A stretch of 32,000 nt of DNA from Synechococcus sp. A15-28 (lineage in GTDB: Bacteria > Cyanobacteriota > Cyanobacteriia > PCC-6307 > Cyanobiaceae), in contig NZ_CP047931.1 in the NCBI RefSeq assembly GCF_014280175.1, forward strand, positions 210,001 to 242,000, in the 5' to 3' direction. A program made the translations under genes and the position numbers. This document shows, one piece after another, positions 1 through 8,282 of the stretch. The notes beneath the pieces were generated by a model. That model did not search any database and was not told the origin of the DNA. It saw only the letters and a list, made by a program, of their open reading frames with translations. The stretch's first letter is position 1, and each line of letters starts with the position of its first letter.

Positions 1-1
1 C

Positions 2-466
2 CTGTTCATGGACTGCGACATGCTCTGTCGGGGGGACATCAAGCAGCTTTGGGACCAGCGGGACGATGCCTATGGCGCCATGTGTGTGCAGCACGAGCAT
101 GTGCCGGGTGAGACGGTGAAGTTCCTGGGTGAGGTGCAGAGCGCCTACCCCAAGAAGAACTGGAGTTCGCTGATGCTGCTCAACTGCAGCCGCTGCTCAA
201 AGCTCACTGTTGATTACGTCAACAGCGCCAGTGGTCTGGAACTGCATCGTTTCCACTGGCTGGAGGGTGACCACGAGATCGGTGCCATCCAGGGCGGTTG
301 GAATCATCTGGTGGATGTGCAGGCACCACCGGAGCCTCTGGATGCGTCGCCGATGCTGCACTGGACTCTTGGGGGGCCCTGGTTCCGGGAACAGCGCACG
401 ATGGGTGGACCGTTGGCGGCGGAGTGGTTCAGCGCCCGCGATGACGCAATGAAACTCTGGGACTGA
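2..466 (+). CDS. Glycosyltransferase-like protein, C-terminal part (5' end lies outside the window)
   Basis: Frame is open from base 2 (LFMDCDMLCRGDI..., DxD-like DCD motif), followed by YPKKNWSSLMLLNC ... ELHRFHWLEGDHEIGAIQGGWNHLV, typical of conserved GT-A-like proteins. TGA at 464-466 overlaps the kdsB ATG. Confidence 0.6.
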   Translation: MFMDCDMLCRGDIKQLWDQRDDAYGAMCVQHEHVPGETVKFLGEVQSAYPKKNWSSLMLLNCSRCSKLTVDYVNSASGLELHRFHWLEGDHEIGAIQGGWNHLVDVQAPPEPLDASPMLHWTLGGPWFREQRTMGGPLAAEWFSARDDAMKLWD

Positions 467-1245
467 TGGCGATTCAACATGCGGTGGTGGCGGTTCCGGC
501 CCGTTTGCAGTCCTCCCGGCTGCCGAACAAGGTGCTGGCGGATATCGGTGGCAAGCCGATGATCCAGAGGGTGCTCGAGCGGTGTCGTGAAGCGACCGCA
601 GTGCAGGCGGTGGTGCTCTGCACCGACAGCACGGAGCTGCAGGAGATGGCGGAAGGCTGGGGCTTCCCGGTGCTGATGACCGCCGCTTCCTGCAGTTCCG
701 GCAGTGAGCGCATCGCGTCGGTGGCTCAGGAGCTGATGGCGCTGGCCTGGGGGGAGAGCCCGGCAGTGGCCGAGCAGACCGCCGTGATCAACGTGCAGGG
801 AGATCAGCCATTCATCGATCCATCGGTCATCGACGCGATGGTGGCCGAGTTCAAGCGGCTGGATCCCGTTCCAGCGGTAGTGACGCCGGTGTATCGCTTG
901 AAACCGGAGACGGTTCACAATCCCAATGTGGTGAAGACCCTGTTGGCCCATGACGGGCGGGCTCTTTACTTCTCCCGGTCTGCCATTCCCCACGTGCGTG
1001 ATGTCGATCCTGCGGATTGGCACCGCCACACCAACTACTGGGGGCATGTGGGGATGTACGGCTTCCTGGGGGATGTGCTGGCGGCGTGGGATCAGCTGCC
1101 CCCTTCACCCCTGGAGGATCTGGAGCGGCTGGAGCAGTTGCGCCTGATCGAGGCTGGTCACACCATCGCCACCTTCCCCGTGGCTGGAACCTCTCTGTCG
1201 GTGGATACGGCGGAGCAGTTGGAACAGGCGCGCTCCATGGTCTGA
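466..1245 (+). CDS. kdsB: 3-deoxy-manno-octulosonate cytidylyltransferase (CMP-KDO synthetase)
   Basis: VVAVPARLQSSRLPNKVLADIGGKPMIQRVLERC, VINVQGDQPFIDP, YFSRSAIPHVRD and HVGMYGF are canonical KdsB motifs. Confidence 0.96.
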   Translation: MAIQHAVVAVPARLQSSRLPNKVLADIGGKPMIQRVLERCREATAVQAVVLCTDSTELQEMAEGWGFPVLMTAASCSSGSERIASVAQELMALAWGESPAVAEQTAVINVQGDQPFIDPSVIDAMVAEFKRLDPVPAVVTPVYRLKPETVHNPNVVKTLLAHDGRALYFSRSAIPHVRDVDPADWHRHTNYWGHVGMYGFLGDVLAAWDQLPPSPLEDLERLEQLRLIEAGHTIATFPVAGTSLSVDTAEQLEQARSMV

Positions 1246-1253
1246 GTCCTGAC

Positions 1254-2099
1254 TCAGTTCTCCCGGCACCAACGGCTGGCAGTGGGCCAGAGCTGATGCA
1301 GGTCAAGTTCAGGGAAATGTTGCTGCACCGCCGCCAGGGTCGGGGCCTGCCATCGCCCCAACTGGTGGAGAAGCTCCTCCGGCAGCTCCGTGTCGTTGCG
1401 GCTCACGTTCACCTGTTGATCCCATTGCGGTTCTCTGTACGGAACACCGAGGAACCGGCAGAGATCAGCCCAGCAGTCCCGATGAAACAGCTGCTCGTAG
1501 GTGGCGATGAAGCAGTGCTTCAGGCCGAAGCTCTCCTTAAGAGCCGTGAGGGTGTGGCCGTAGTCGCTGCGCAACGTGATCCGTTCGGGACGCTCGCGGC
1601 AGAGGTCCTGCAGGGTCTGGATTTCTCCCGCACTGTCCTGAAGCCCCTGCTTGCGCCGCTTCATGCGCACACTTGACACGATGCGTTCGATCGGGTCTCG
1701 CATCAGGAACACCGGTCGCAGCGGAATGCCATGGGCATGCAAGCCATGGTCAATGGCACGCAGGGTGGCGGCGCTGAGCCCGCAGTAGGAGGGCGTGATG
1801 TCCCCGGTGAGCTGGATGCCTGGTCGCCGCAGCAGGCTCGCGAAGTAGGCGTAGTAGCGCTCCGGTCGGTCCAGAAAACGCTGGCGACGCCAGGTGCGGG
1901 GCTTCAACAACGAGCGGCGGCTCCGGCCGCTGAAGCCTGCGGCCGGCAGGGTGAGCGCGTCATGAATGTGGTACTCCTTCAGGAAGCCGAAATCAGCGTC
2001 GCGGCGTTGATTCAGCTGAGCGTGCAGCCAGGACGTTCCGGCCTTCTGGGCACCCAGCCCCAGCAGGAAGACGCCAGGTCCGTCAGTCGTTGCGATCAC
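1254..2099 (-). CDS. Sulfotransferase family protein
   Basis: N-terminal PAPS-binding-like GLGAQKAGTSWLHAQLNQRRD; later FLMRDPIERIVSSVRM, matching the RDP...R..S sulfotransferase motif. GTG start at 2099. Confidence 0.85.
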   Translation of the reverse strand: MIATTDGPGVFLLGLGAQKAGTSWLHAQLNQRRDADFGFLKEYHIHDALTLPAAGFSGRSRRSLLKPRTWRRQRFLDRPERYYAYFASLLRRPGIQLTGDITPSYCGLSAATLRAIDHGLHAHGIPLRPVFLMRDPIERIVSSVRMKRRKQGLQDSAGEIQTLQDLCRERPERITLRSDYGHTLTALKESFGLKHCFIATYEQLFHRDCWADLCRFLGVPYREPQWDQQVNVSRNDTELPEELLHQLGRWQAPTLAAVQQHFPELDLHQLWPTASRWCREN

Positions 2100-2649
2100 G
2101 CCAACCCCTCCGGCTCAAGCTGCGCCAGCCATCGCGGGCCTGAAGGATCCGTTCCGCCAGCTCCCGCACGGCCCCATGGCCGCCGCGGCAGGAGAGCACC
2201 AGGTCAGCGCCGCGCCGCACCGGTCGGCAGGCATCGGCCGGGGCGAACAGCAGTCCGACCACAGGGCGCACGGCCAGGTCGTTGAGATCGTCGCCGACGA
2301 AGACGGTCTGCGAGACGGTGACTTGCAGCTGCTGCTGGAGGGTTTGCAGGGCAGCGGGTTTGTCCTTGATGCCCACCAGGCAGTGCTCGATCCCCAGTTG
2401 GCGGGCCCGCACTTCAGTGGCGCCGCCACGACCGCCGCTGAGAAAGGCGATCTGCACCCCCGCCTGCTGGAGCAGGCGGATGCCCAGACCATCCCGCACG
2501 TCGAAGCGCTTGATCAATTGGCCATCGGCATCAAACCAGAGTCCGCCATCGGTGAGCACACCGTCCACATCCAGCACCAGCATTTGTAGATCGTTCAGCT
2601 GGCGGCGCAGTCTCCACCAGCCCAGCTGGTTCCACCCCGGCAGCGTCAT
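2083..2649 (-). CDS. kdsC: HAD-family 3-deoxy-manno-octulosonate-8-phosphatase
   Basis: LLVLDVDGVLTDGG, RDGLGIRLLQQAGVQIAFLSGG and FVGDDLNDLAV are KdsC/HAD motifs. The KpsF-like gene lies immediately upstream. Confidence 0.92.
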   Translation of the reverse strand: MTLPGWNQLGWWRLRRQLNDLQMLVLDVDGVLTDGGLWFDADGQLIKRFDVRDGLGIRLLQQAGVQIAFLSGGRGGATEVRARQLGIEHCLVGIKDKPAALQTLQQQLQVTVSQTVFVGDDLNDLAVRPVVGLLFAPADACRPVRRGADLVLSCRGGHGAVRELAERILQARDGWRSLSRRGWRDRND

Positions 2650-3665
2650 GCCAGTCCTGCCTGTACGAGATCGTGCAGCCGCAACAGCCCCATCAGCCGC
2701 TTGTCGGAGCCAACCACCGGCAGCACTGAAATCGGTTTGCGGCGATTGTGTTCCATCTGTTCCAGGGCCTTCACCACCAGCACATCACCGCCCACGGTGA
2801 TTGGATCGATGGTCATCAGATCGGCTGCGGTGAGGCCGCTCCAGCTGTCGGCACTGTGGTCCTGCAGTGCTCGGCGTAGATCGCCGTCGGTGAGCAATCC
2901 CACCAGGGAGCCTGGTTGCTCCGGGTGTTCCACCCAGCCGCTGCCAATACCATCGCGGGTCAGACCTCCGATCACCTCGGGCAGAGGGGTTTGAGGTTGC
3001 ATTGGATGCAGCTTGCTGACTGGGACCATCAGATCGGCTGCTGTCAGCGTGAGCTGTTTTCCGAGGGAGCCGGCCGGGTGATTCAGGGCGAAATCCGCTG
3101 GTGAGATGCCGCGCCGTTCCATCCAGACGGCCGCCAGGGCATCGCCGATGGCCATCGCTACAGCGGTGCTAGCAGTGGGAGCCAGGTTGAGCGGGCAAAC
3201 CTCGCGGTCCACACCGGCTTCCAGCACTACATCGCTGCCACGGGCCAGGGAGGAGTCAGATCTGCCGACGATGGCGATCCGGCCCGTTCCGCGCCTTTTT
3301 AGGTGAGGCAGCACCTCCAGCAGTTCAGTGGTTTCTCCGCTGTTCGACAGCAGCAGGCACACGTCCTCCGGTGCAACCACCCCGAGGTCGCCGTGCAGGG
3401 CATCGGTGGGGTTGAGGAACAGGGCCATCAGGCCAATCGAGGAGAACGTGGCGGCGATCTTTCGGGCCACGATCCCGCTCTTGCCAACGCCAGTGATCAC
3501 CAGCTTGGCTTTGCGATCAGCGCAACGTTCCAGCAGCGCCAAAGCTGCTTCCACCTGTTCGCTACTGAGCCGTTCCGCAGCAGCGGCGATAGCGGAGGAT
3601 TCCTCCTGCAAACAGCGGGTGAGAGCGGACAACGCGAGGATCCGTGATGATCGGTCCATTCTCAT
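2646..3665 (-). CDS. kdsD: Arabinose-5-phosphate isomerase, KpsF/GutQ family (SIS domain plus CBS domains)
   Basis: VITGVGKSGIVARKIAATFSSIGLMALFLNPTDALHGDLGVV, SNSGETTELLEVLPHLKRRG, HPAGSLGK. ATG candidates at 3665 and 3659; the ORF track uses a TTG at 3674. Stop overlaps the kdsC ATG. Confidence 0.92.
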   Translation of the reverse strand: MRMDRSSRILALSALTRCLQEESSAIAAAAERLSSEQVEAALALLERCADRKAKLVITGVGKSGIVARKIAATFSSIGLMALFLNPTDALHGDLGVVAPEDVCLLLSNSGETTELLEVLPHLKRRGTGRIAIVGRSDSSLARGSDVVLEAGVDREVCPLNLAPTASTAVAMAIGDALAAVWMERRGISPADFALNHPAGSLGKQLTLTAADLMVPVSKLHPMQPQTPLPEVIGGLTRDGIGSGWVEHPEQPGSLVGLLTDGDLRRALQDHSADSWSGLTAADLMTIDPITVGGDVLVVKALEQMEHNRRKPISVLPVVGSDKRLMGLLRLHDLVQAGLA

Positions 3666-3677
3666 GCACGCCAAGCA

Positions 3678-4889
3678 ATGGATCTGCCGGCTGTGCCGTC
3701 AGCACTGCTGGATGCCTTGAAGGCGGCAGCCATCGAAGCAGGCTTGCCACGGCTGGCCCTTGTGGGTGGCGTGGTGAGGGATCTGTTGCTTCACCAACGC
3801 CATGGCCGTCCTTGGCAAGGTGTTCCCGACCTGGACTGGGTGGTGGAGGGCAGCGCCGCCCGTCTGGCGGAGGTGCTGCTGAACCAGTGCGGCCCGGAAC
3901 GGGTGACCGCTGTTCAGCATCACGACCAGTTCGGCACGGTGGCCCTGAAACTCGATGGTGTGCCCCTCGATCTGGCCACGGCGCGGCAGGAGCACTACCC
4001 GGCACCTGGGGACAACCCGGTGGTGCAGCCGGGGTCGTTGGCGGCGGATCTGGTGCGCCGCGATTTCACGATCAATGCCATGGCCCTGGAGTTGATCTCC
4101 GGCGCGTTGATCGACCCCCACGACGGCCAGAGTGATCTGGCCGCAGGGCATCTGCAGTTTCTGCACCCCGGCAGCGTCAGCGATGACCCCACCCGGGTGA
4201 TCCGGGCCGCCCGCTACGGCGCCCGGCTGGGGATGGACCTCGGTTCCGCAGCCCGCAGGCAGGTGGGCGAGACCGTCGCGGCATGGCCCTGGGCCTGGCA
4301 GACGGGGGATGCGCCGCAGGCGGCACCGCCAGCGCTGGCCAGCAGGCTGCGCATGGAGCTGGAACGCTTGCTGGACCATGAACCCTGGCCCGTCGCGTTG
4401 GATCTGCTGGTGTCCTGGCAGGCCATGGCTCTTGTGGATCCTGGCTTGCAGCGGGACGCGGAACGCACCCGGCGTCTGCGCTGGGGGAAACGTCTCGGAC
4501 TGCCGCTGATGAGCGCGCTGTTGGCGGCCGCATCTGATCCCGGGGCGGTGGCGCGCCGCCTGCAGATCCCCGGGCAGCAGCTGCAGTGGCTGGAACGGCT
4601 GCCAGCCCTGCAGTCCTGGTTGGCGTCGGATCCACTCCCCCTCCAGTCGTCTCCAGATGCCTGGACAACGGCGCTTGAAGGTGGTGGCTGGCCGCCCCAA
4701 ACGGTCGCGTTGATGGTGACGTTGCGGCCTGCGGCGTGGAGGCCGCTGCTGCGTTGGTGGGGCCGCTGGCGTCATCTTCAGTCGCCTCAAAGTGCGCGCC
4801 AGTTGATCGCCGAGGGTTGGCAGCCGGGCCCGACCCTGGGGGAGGAATTGCGTCGCCGCCGCGGGGTGCTGCTGGATCAGGGCCGATGA
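3678..4889 (+). CDS. CCA tRNA nucleotidyltransferase / poly(A) polymerase family protein
   Basis: LALVGGVVRDLLL, DLDWVVEG, RRDFTINAMAL, LIDPHDGQSDLAAG and DDPTRVIRAARYGARLG are class II nucleotidyltransferase motifs. Confidence 0.9.
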   Translation: MDLPAVPSALLDALKAAAIEAGLPRLALVGGVVRDLLLHQRHGRPWQGVPDLDWVVEGSAARLAEVLLNQCGPERVTAVQHHDQFGTVALKLDGVPLDLATARQEHYPAPGDNPVVQPGSLAADLVRRDFTINAMALELISGALIDPHDGQSDLAAGHLQFLHPGSVSDDPTRVIRAARYGARLGMDLGSAARRQVGETVAAWPWAWQTGDAPQAAPPALASRLRMELERLLDHEPWPVALDLLVSWQAMALVDPGLQRDAERTRRLRWGKRLGLPLMSALLAAASDPGAVARRLQIPGQQLQWLERLPALQSWLASDPLPLQSSPDAWTTALEGGGWPPQTVALMVTLRPAAWRPLLRWWGRWRHLQSPQSARQLIAEGWQPGPTLGEELRRRRGVLLDQGR

Positions 4890-6313
4890 GACGCACGGCT
4901 CAGGTCTGGACGCTCGTGGCCGCTCTGGTGGCGATGGCCTTCGCCCTGCGGACTCTCCTGTTGATCGATGCCACAGCCCTGTGGAGCGATGAGCTCTACA
5001 GCGTTGGAAAAAGCTTTCAGCCCAGTCCCCTGGCGCTGCTGGAGATGCTGCGGCAGGACACTCACCCCCCGCTGTATTACGGCCTGCTCTGGAGCTGGGG
5101 GCAGTTGGTGGGCCAGACCCCCGTCAGTCTGCGGCTGCTCTCCTGGCTGGCCTATCTGGCTGGGGGTGGCGTGATGGTGGCCCAGGCCGTGGCCCTCGCG
5201 GATGGCCGGCGGAGTGTGCTGCCCCTGGCGCTGCTGCTGGCCTTCTGCAGCCCTTACCCCGTGCGCTTTGCCATCGAGGGGAAGAGCTATGCCCTGCTGG
5301 TGCTGCTGGTGGCCCTGGCCTGGTGGTGGCGTCGTGCTGAACGATCTGTTCCGTACGGGGTGATGGCGGGTCTGGCCGGACTCACCCATTTCTACGGTCT
5401 ATTCCTGGTGCTGGCGGCAGCGGCCTGGGATGGGGCCCGGAGACGCTGGCGCCTGGCGGGAGCTGCTCTTCTCGGGGCCATTCCTGCCTTGGGCTGGATG
5501 GCTTATTCCGCTGACTATCTGTTCAGTTCCCGCTCCGGCAGCTGGATCGGCCCACCGGACTTTGCCCTGCTGGAGGAGTCCCTGGCCCGGGCCCTGGGGC
5601 TCTGGCCCCTGCCCAAGCTGCTGTTGGTCGTGGTGCTCGTCTGGGGGTTGCAGCTCTGGGGTGGGATGCAGCAGCTCCGGTGGCGGCAGAACCGTTTGCT
5701 GGATCGCAGTGCGCTGTTGCCCTCCGCCGTGATGGTGATGGCCGTGGTGCTGGTCTCATTTGTGAAGCCGCTGGCCTTCAGCCGCTACTTCGTGGTGCTG
5801 CTGCCGTCGGTGCTGCCGCTGCTGTCGGTGGTGCTCACCGCGTCACCGCTCCATCGCTGGGGCCAAAGGTTGGTCCTTGGGGTGTTGGTGCTGCTGCTGA
5901 TTAGTTGGTGGGGGCCGGGATTCGCTGAACTGGATCCCGCTGCCGGTGGGGTGCGCGAACAGGATCAGTTCCGCGCGATCAGTCAGCGCACCAGTGGCGA
6001 GAGGGAGCGCTACAGCCCCCGGGCCCGTCTGCTCAACCTCAGCGATCAGATGGAGCTAGCCATGGGCCGGATCAACGCACCGGAGTTGCCCTGGGGGGAT
6101 CGCGATGAACTGCGGGAACGGCTGTTGCGTTCACCCCTGCCGGACGAGCTGTGGCTTGCCAGCAGCGGACCGCCGTTGAAGCTGAACCGCAAGCTCAAGC
6201 CCTTGCAGCAACAGGTTGAAGCGGCTGGATACGTCTGTGATGATCGATCCGCAGGCTTCAGTCACGCTCGGCTGCTGCGCTGCCGATCTGAATCCAGGGC
6301 CCCTCTGCCGTGA
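4886..6313 (+). CDS. Multi-pass membrane glycosyltransferase, GT39/ArnT-like
   Basis: ALWSDELYSVGKSF and THPPLYYGLLWSWG motifs plus many hydrophobic segments. ATG at 4886 overlaps the previous TGA (ATGA); the listed 4736 start is less likely. Confidence 0.82.
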   Translation: MRRTAQVWTLVAALVAMAFALRTLLLIDATALWSDELYSVGKSFQPSPLALLEMLRQDTHPPLYYGLLWSWGQLVGQTPVSLRLLSWLAYLAGGGVMVAQAVALADGRRSVLPLALLLAFCSPYPVRFAIEGKSYALLVLLVALAWWWRRAERSVPYGVMAGLAGLTHFYGLFLVLAAAAWDGARRRWRLAGAALLGAIPALGWMAYSADYLFSSRSGSWIGPPDFALLEESLARALGLWPLPKLLLVVVLVWGLQLWGGMQQLRWRQNRLLDRSALLPSAVMVMAVVLVSFVKPLAFSRYFVVLLPSVLPLLSVVLTASPLHRWGQRLVLGVLVLLLISWWGPGFAELDPAAGGVREQDQFRAISQRTSGERERYSPRARLLNLSDQMELAMGRINAPELPWGDRDELRERLLRSPLPDELWLASSGPPLKLNRKLKPLQQQVEAAGYVCDDRSAGFSHARLLRCRSESRAPLP

Positions 6314-8282
6314 GGGCCTGTCCCGTGGTCTCCGGGCAGGCCAGCAGCAGGGGGCCGCAGGTCTGGGGATCCACCAGCAATTCCAGCAGCGCCTGGGACG
6401 GTGGTTGATCCAGTTGGATCGGCCCATCCAGCCAGCGCCAGCTTCGGCGGTTGGCCGGCGCCAGACTGCTGGCGTGGCCCTGAGCCAAGCGCTCCAAGGC
6501 CTCGGGGTAGGCCGGAATGCTGTGGGTCCGAAGGGTGATCCGCAGGGGGGCGCTGCTCGCCAGCATTTCCCCCAGATGCCCGAGCAGGCCGAAGCCGGTG
6601 ACATCCGTGCAGGCATGTATGGCCTGGCGATGGGGCTCCAGTTGATCCAGTAACGGGTGCTGACTGCTGGCCATCTGCTGGAGCACCGTGTCCAGGGCTT
6701 CGGGGGGGCAGGCATCCGCCATGGCAGCCGCGAACAGCACACCGGTGCCGAGGGGACGGCTCAGCAGCAGCACATCACCGGCGCTGATTCCCCCCTTCCC
6801 CCAGGGGGAGGGGCTGCGACCGTTGACGCAGAGGGACAGTTGCACCCCAAGACTTGGGCAGTGCGGCGGATCACCACGGGATTCGAGGGTGTGTCCCCCG
6901 ATCAGCTGTGCCTGCTGTTCCTCCAGCACCGATCGCAAACCGCAGAGGGTCTGCACCAGCAGTTCCTGCTGCTCCGCCGTCTCCAGCACCGGCAGGGTCA
7001 CGATCGCCTGGGCACTTTCGACCTTTGCACCACAGGCCCAGAGATCGGAGCAGGCATGGAGTGTTGTGAGGCGACCGTTCAGCCAGGGGTCGCTCACCAG
7101 CGCCGGGAAACCATCGACGCTCTGCAACAGCGGCGGATCAGCCTCGATGCGTGCTGCATCCTCCGGAGCCCCGCGGAGCCCCGCCTGGTCCAGGGCGGCT
7201 TCGAGGGGCTGGGCTGGCAGCTTGGCGGCGCAGCCGCGGCAGGCCATCGGTTTGTCCTGAGACATCGGCTCGCTGCTGCGGAATCCCGCCATGAAGCGCT
7301 TGTCGATTCGTCGCTTCCAGTGCCAAAGCCACTGGGATGGCCCCAGCTGCCAGGTTCCCCTGCGTGCCCAGGCCCGCCCCTGCTGGTCGCCGATCAGTTG
7401 CAGTGCCACGCGCTGCGGTTGCCACGGACGTAGGGGCAGACCGTTGCAACTGGCCTCCAGATTGCGTGCCAACGGGATGGCAGCGCGCACGGCCCAGACC
7501 CCGGAGGCTGGTCGCGCTGCTGCAGCGATCACGGCGCAGTCTCCACTGGCAAAGACATGCTCACAGCCCTCCACCCGCAGCTGGGCATCAGTGCGGAGGC
7601 GTCCATCGTCATCCACCGGCAGACCACTGGCTGCCAGCCAATGGGGAGCGCGACTGCCGGTGCAGAGCAGTCGAGGCCCGACCGCCGTTTCAGGGGTCGT
7701 AACCAAGGCGATCGAGGCCTCCCACAGGATGCGTCGTTCCAGGGAGCCTGGCCCCTTCGGACGGGTTTCCAATCGCAAGGGGCGTTGGGGCCAGCGGCGC
7801 CTTAGCGCCAGCACCACTTCCAGGGCCGCGGCTCCAGAACCGACCACGGTGAAGGGGATGGTGCTGTGGGGATCTTCGGAGGCGATGAGGGCCAGGGCCG
7901 GTTCCAAGGGCTTGATCGCCATCCCCTCTGCAGTGGGCCTGCTGATGGCACCGACATTCAGGCTGAGCACACCGAACCGGAGGGGAGGGCGTTCCGCCAG
8001 AGCTAGGCAGCGTTGGATGGGATCCACGCCGGTGATCTCAGCTTTCACGAAGGCCACACCGGCCCGATCGCAGAGGGAGCGCAGATCGATGGCCGCCGCC
8101 TCGGACGGGTCGATTCCGGCGATCAGGGCAGGAACCATGCCCGAGTACAGAGCCGTGCTGCCGCGGTTGATCAGCACCACTGGACGGGCCGGTCGTCGTG
8201 TTGGATCCATGGCCCAGCGCTTGAGGATCAGCGCATGGCTGTGGCCGCCGCCGGCCAGGAGCAGGGGCCCAGCAGCACTCAT
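6258..8282 (-). CDS. selD: Bifunctional FAD-dependent oxidoreductase / selenide, water dikinase (SelD fusion)
   Basis: N-terminal half: LLLAGGGHSHALILKRW ... FASGDCAVI (FAD/NADH-dehydrogenase-like). C-terminal half: CRGCAAKL, VDGFPALVSDPW, LIGGHTLESRGDPP, DVTGFGLLGHLGEM, DPQTCGPLLLA (SelD-like). ATG at 8282 overlaps the galE TGA; the track start 8339 would overlap galE much more. Confidence 0.9.
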   Translation of the reverse strand: MSAAGPLLLAGGGHSHALILKRWAMDPTRRPARPVVLINRGSTALYSGMVPALIAGIDPSEAAAIDLRSLCDRAGVAFVKAEITGVDPIQRCLALAERPPLRFGVLSLNVGAISRPTAEGMAIKPLEPALALIASEDPHSTIPFTVVGSGAAALEVVLALRRRWPQRPLRLETRPKGPGSLERRILWEASIALVTTPETAVGPRLLCTGSRAPHWLAASGLPVDDDGRLRTDAQLRVEGCEHVFASGDCAVIAAAARPASGVWAVRAAIPLARNLEASCNGLPLRPWQPQRVALQLIGDQQGRAWARRGTWQLGPSQWLWHWKRRIDKRFMAGFRSSEPMSQDKPMACRGCAAKLPAQPLEAALDQAGLRGAPEDAARIEADPPLLQSVDGFPALVSDPWLNGRLTTLHACSDLWACGAKVESAQAIVTLPVLETAEQQELLVQTLCGLRSVLEEQQAQLIGGHTLESRGDPPHCPSLGVQLSLCVNGRSPSPWGKGGISAGDVLLLSRPLGTGVLFAAAMADACPPEALDTVLQQMASSQHPLLDQLEPHRQAIHACTDVTGFGLLGHLGEMLASSAPLRITLRTHSIPAYPEALERLAQGHASSLAPANRRSWRWLDGPIQLDQPPSQALLELLVDPQTCGPLLLACPETTGQALTAEGPWIQIGSAAAERD

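Noticed and set aside
3699-4790. 363-aa minus-strand ORF antisense to the nucleotidyltransferase gene
   Set aside because: No domain resemblance; the sense frame has clear class II nucleotidyltransferase motifs.
4177-4896. 239-aa plus-strand ORF inside the nucleotidyltransferase gene
   Set aside because: Pro/Ala/Arg/Ser-rich out-of-frame translation with no motif support.
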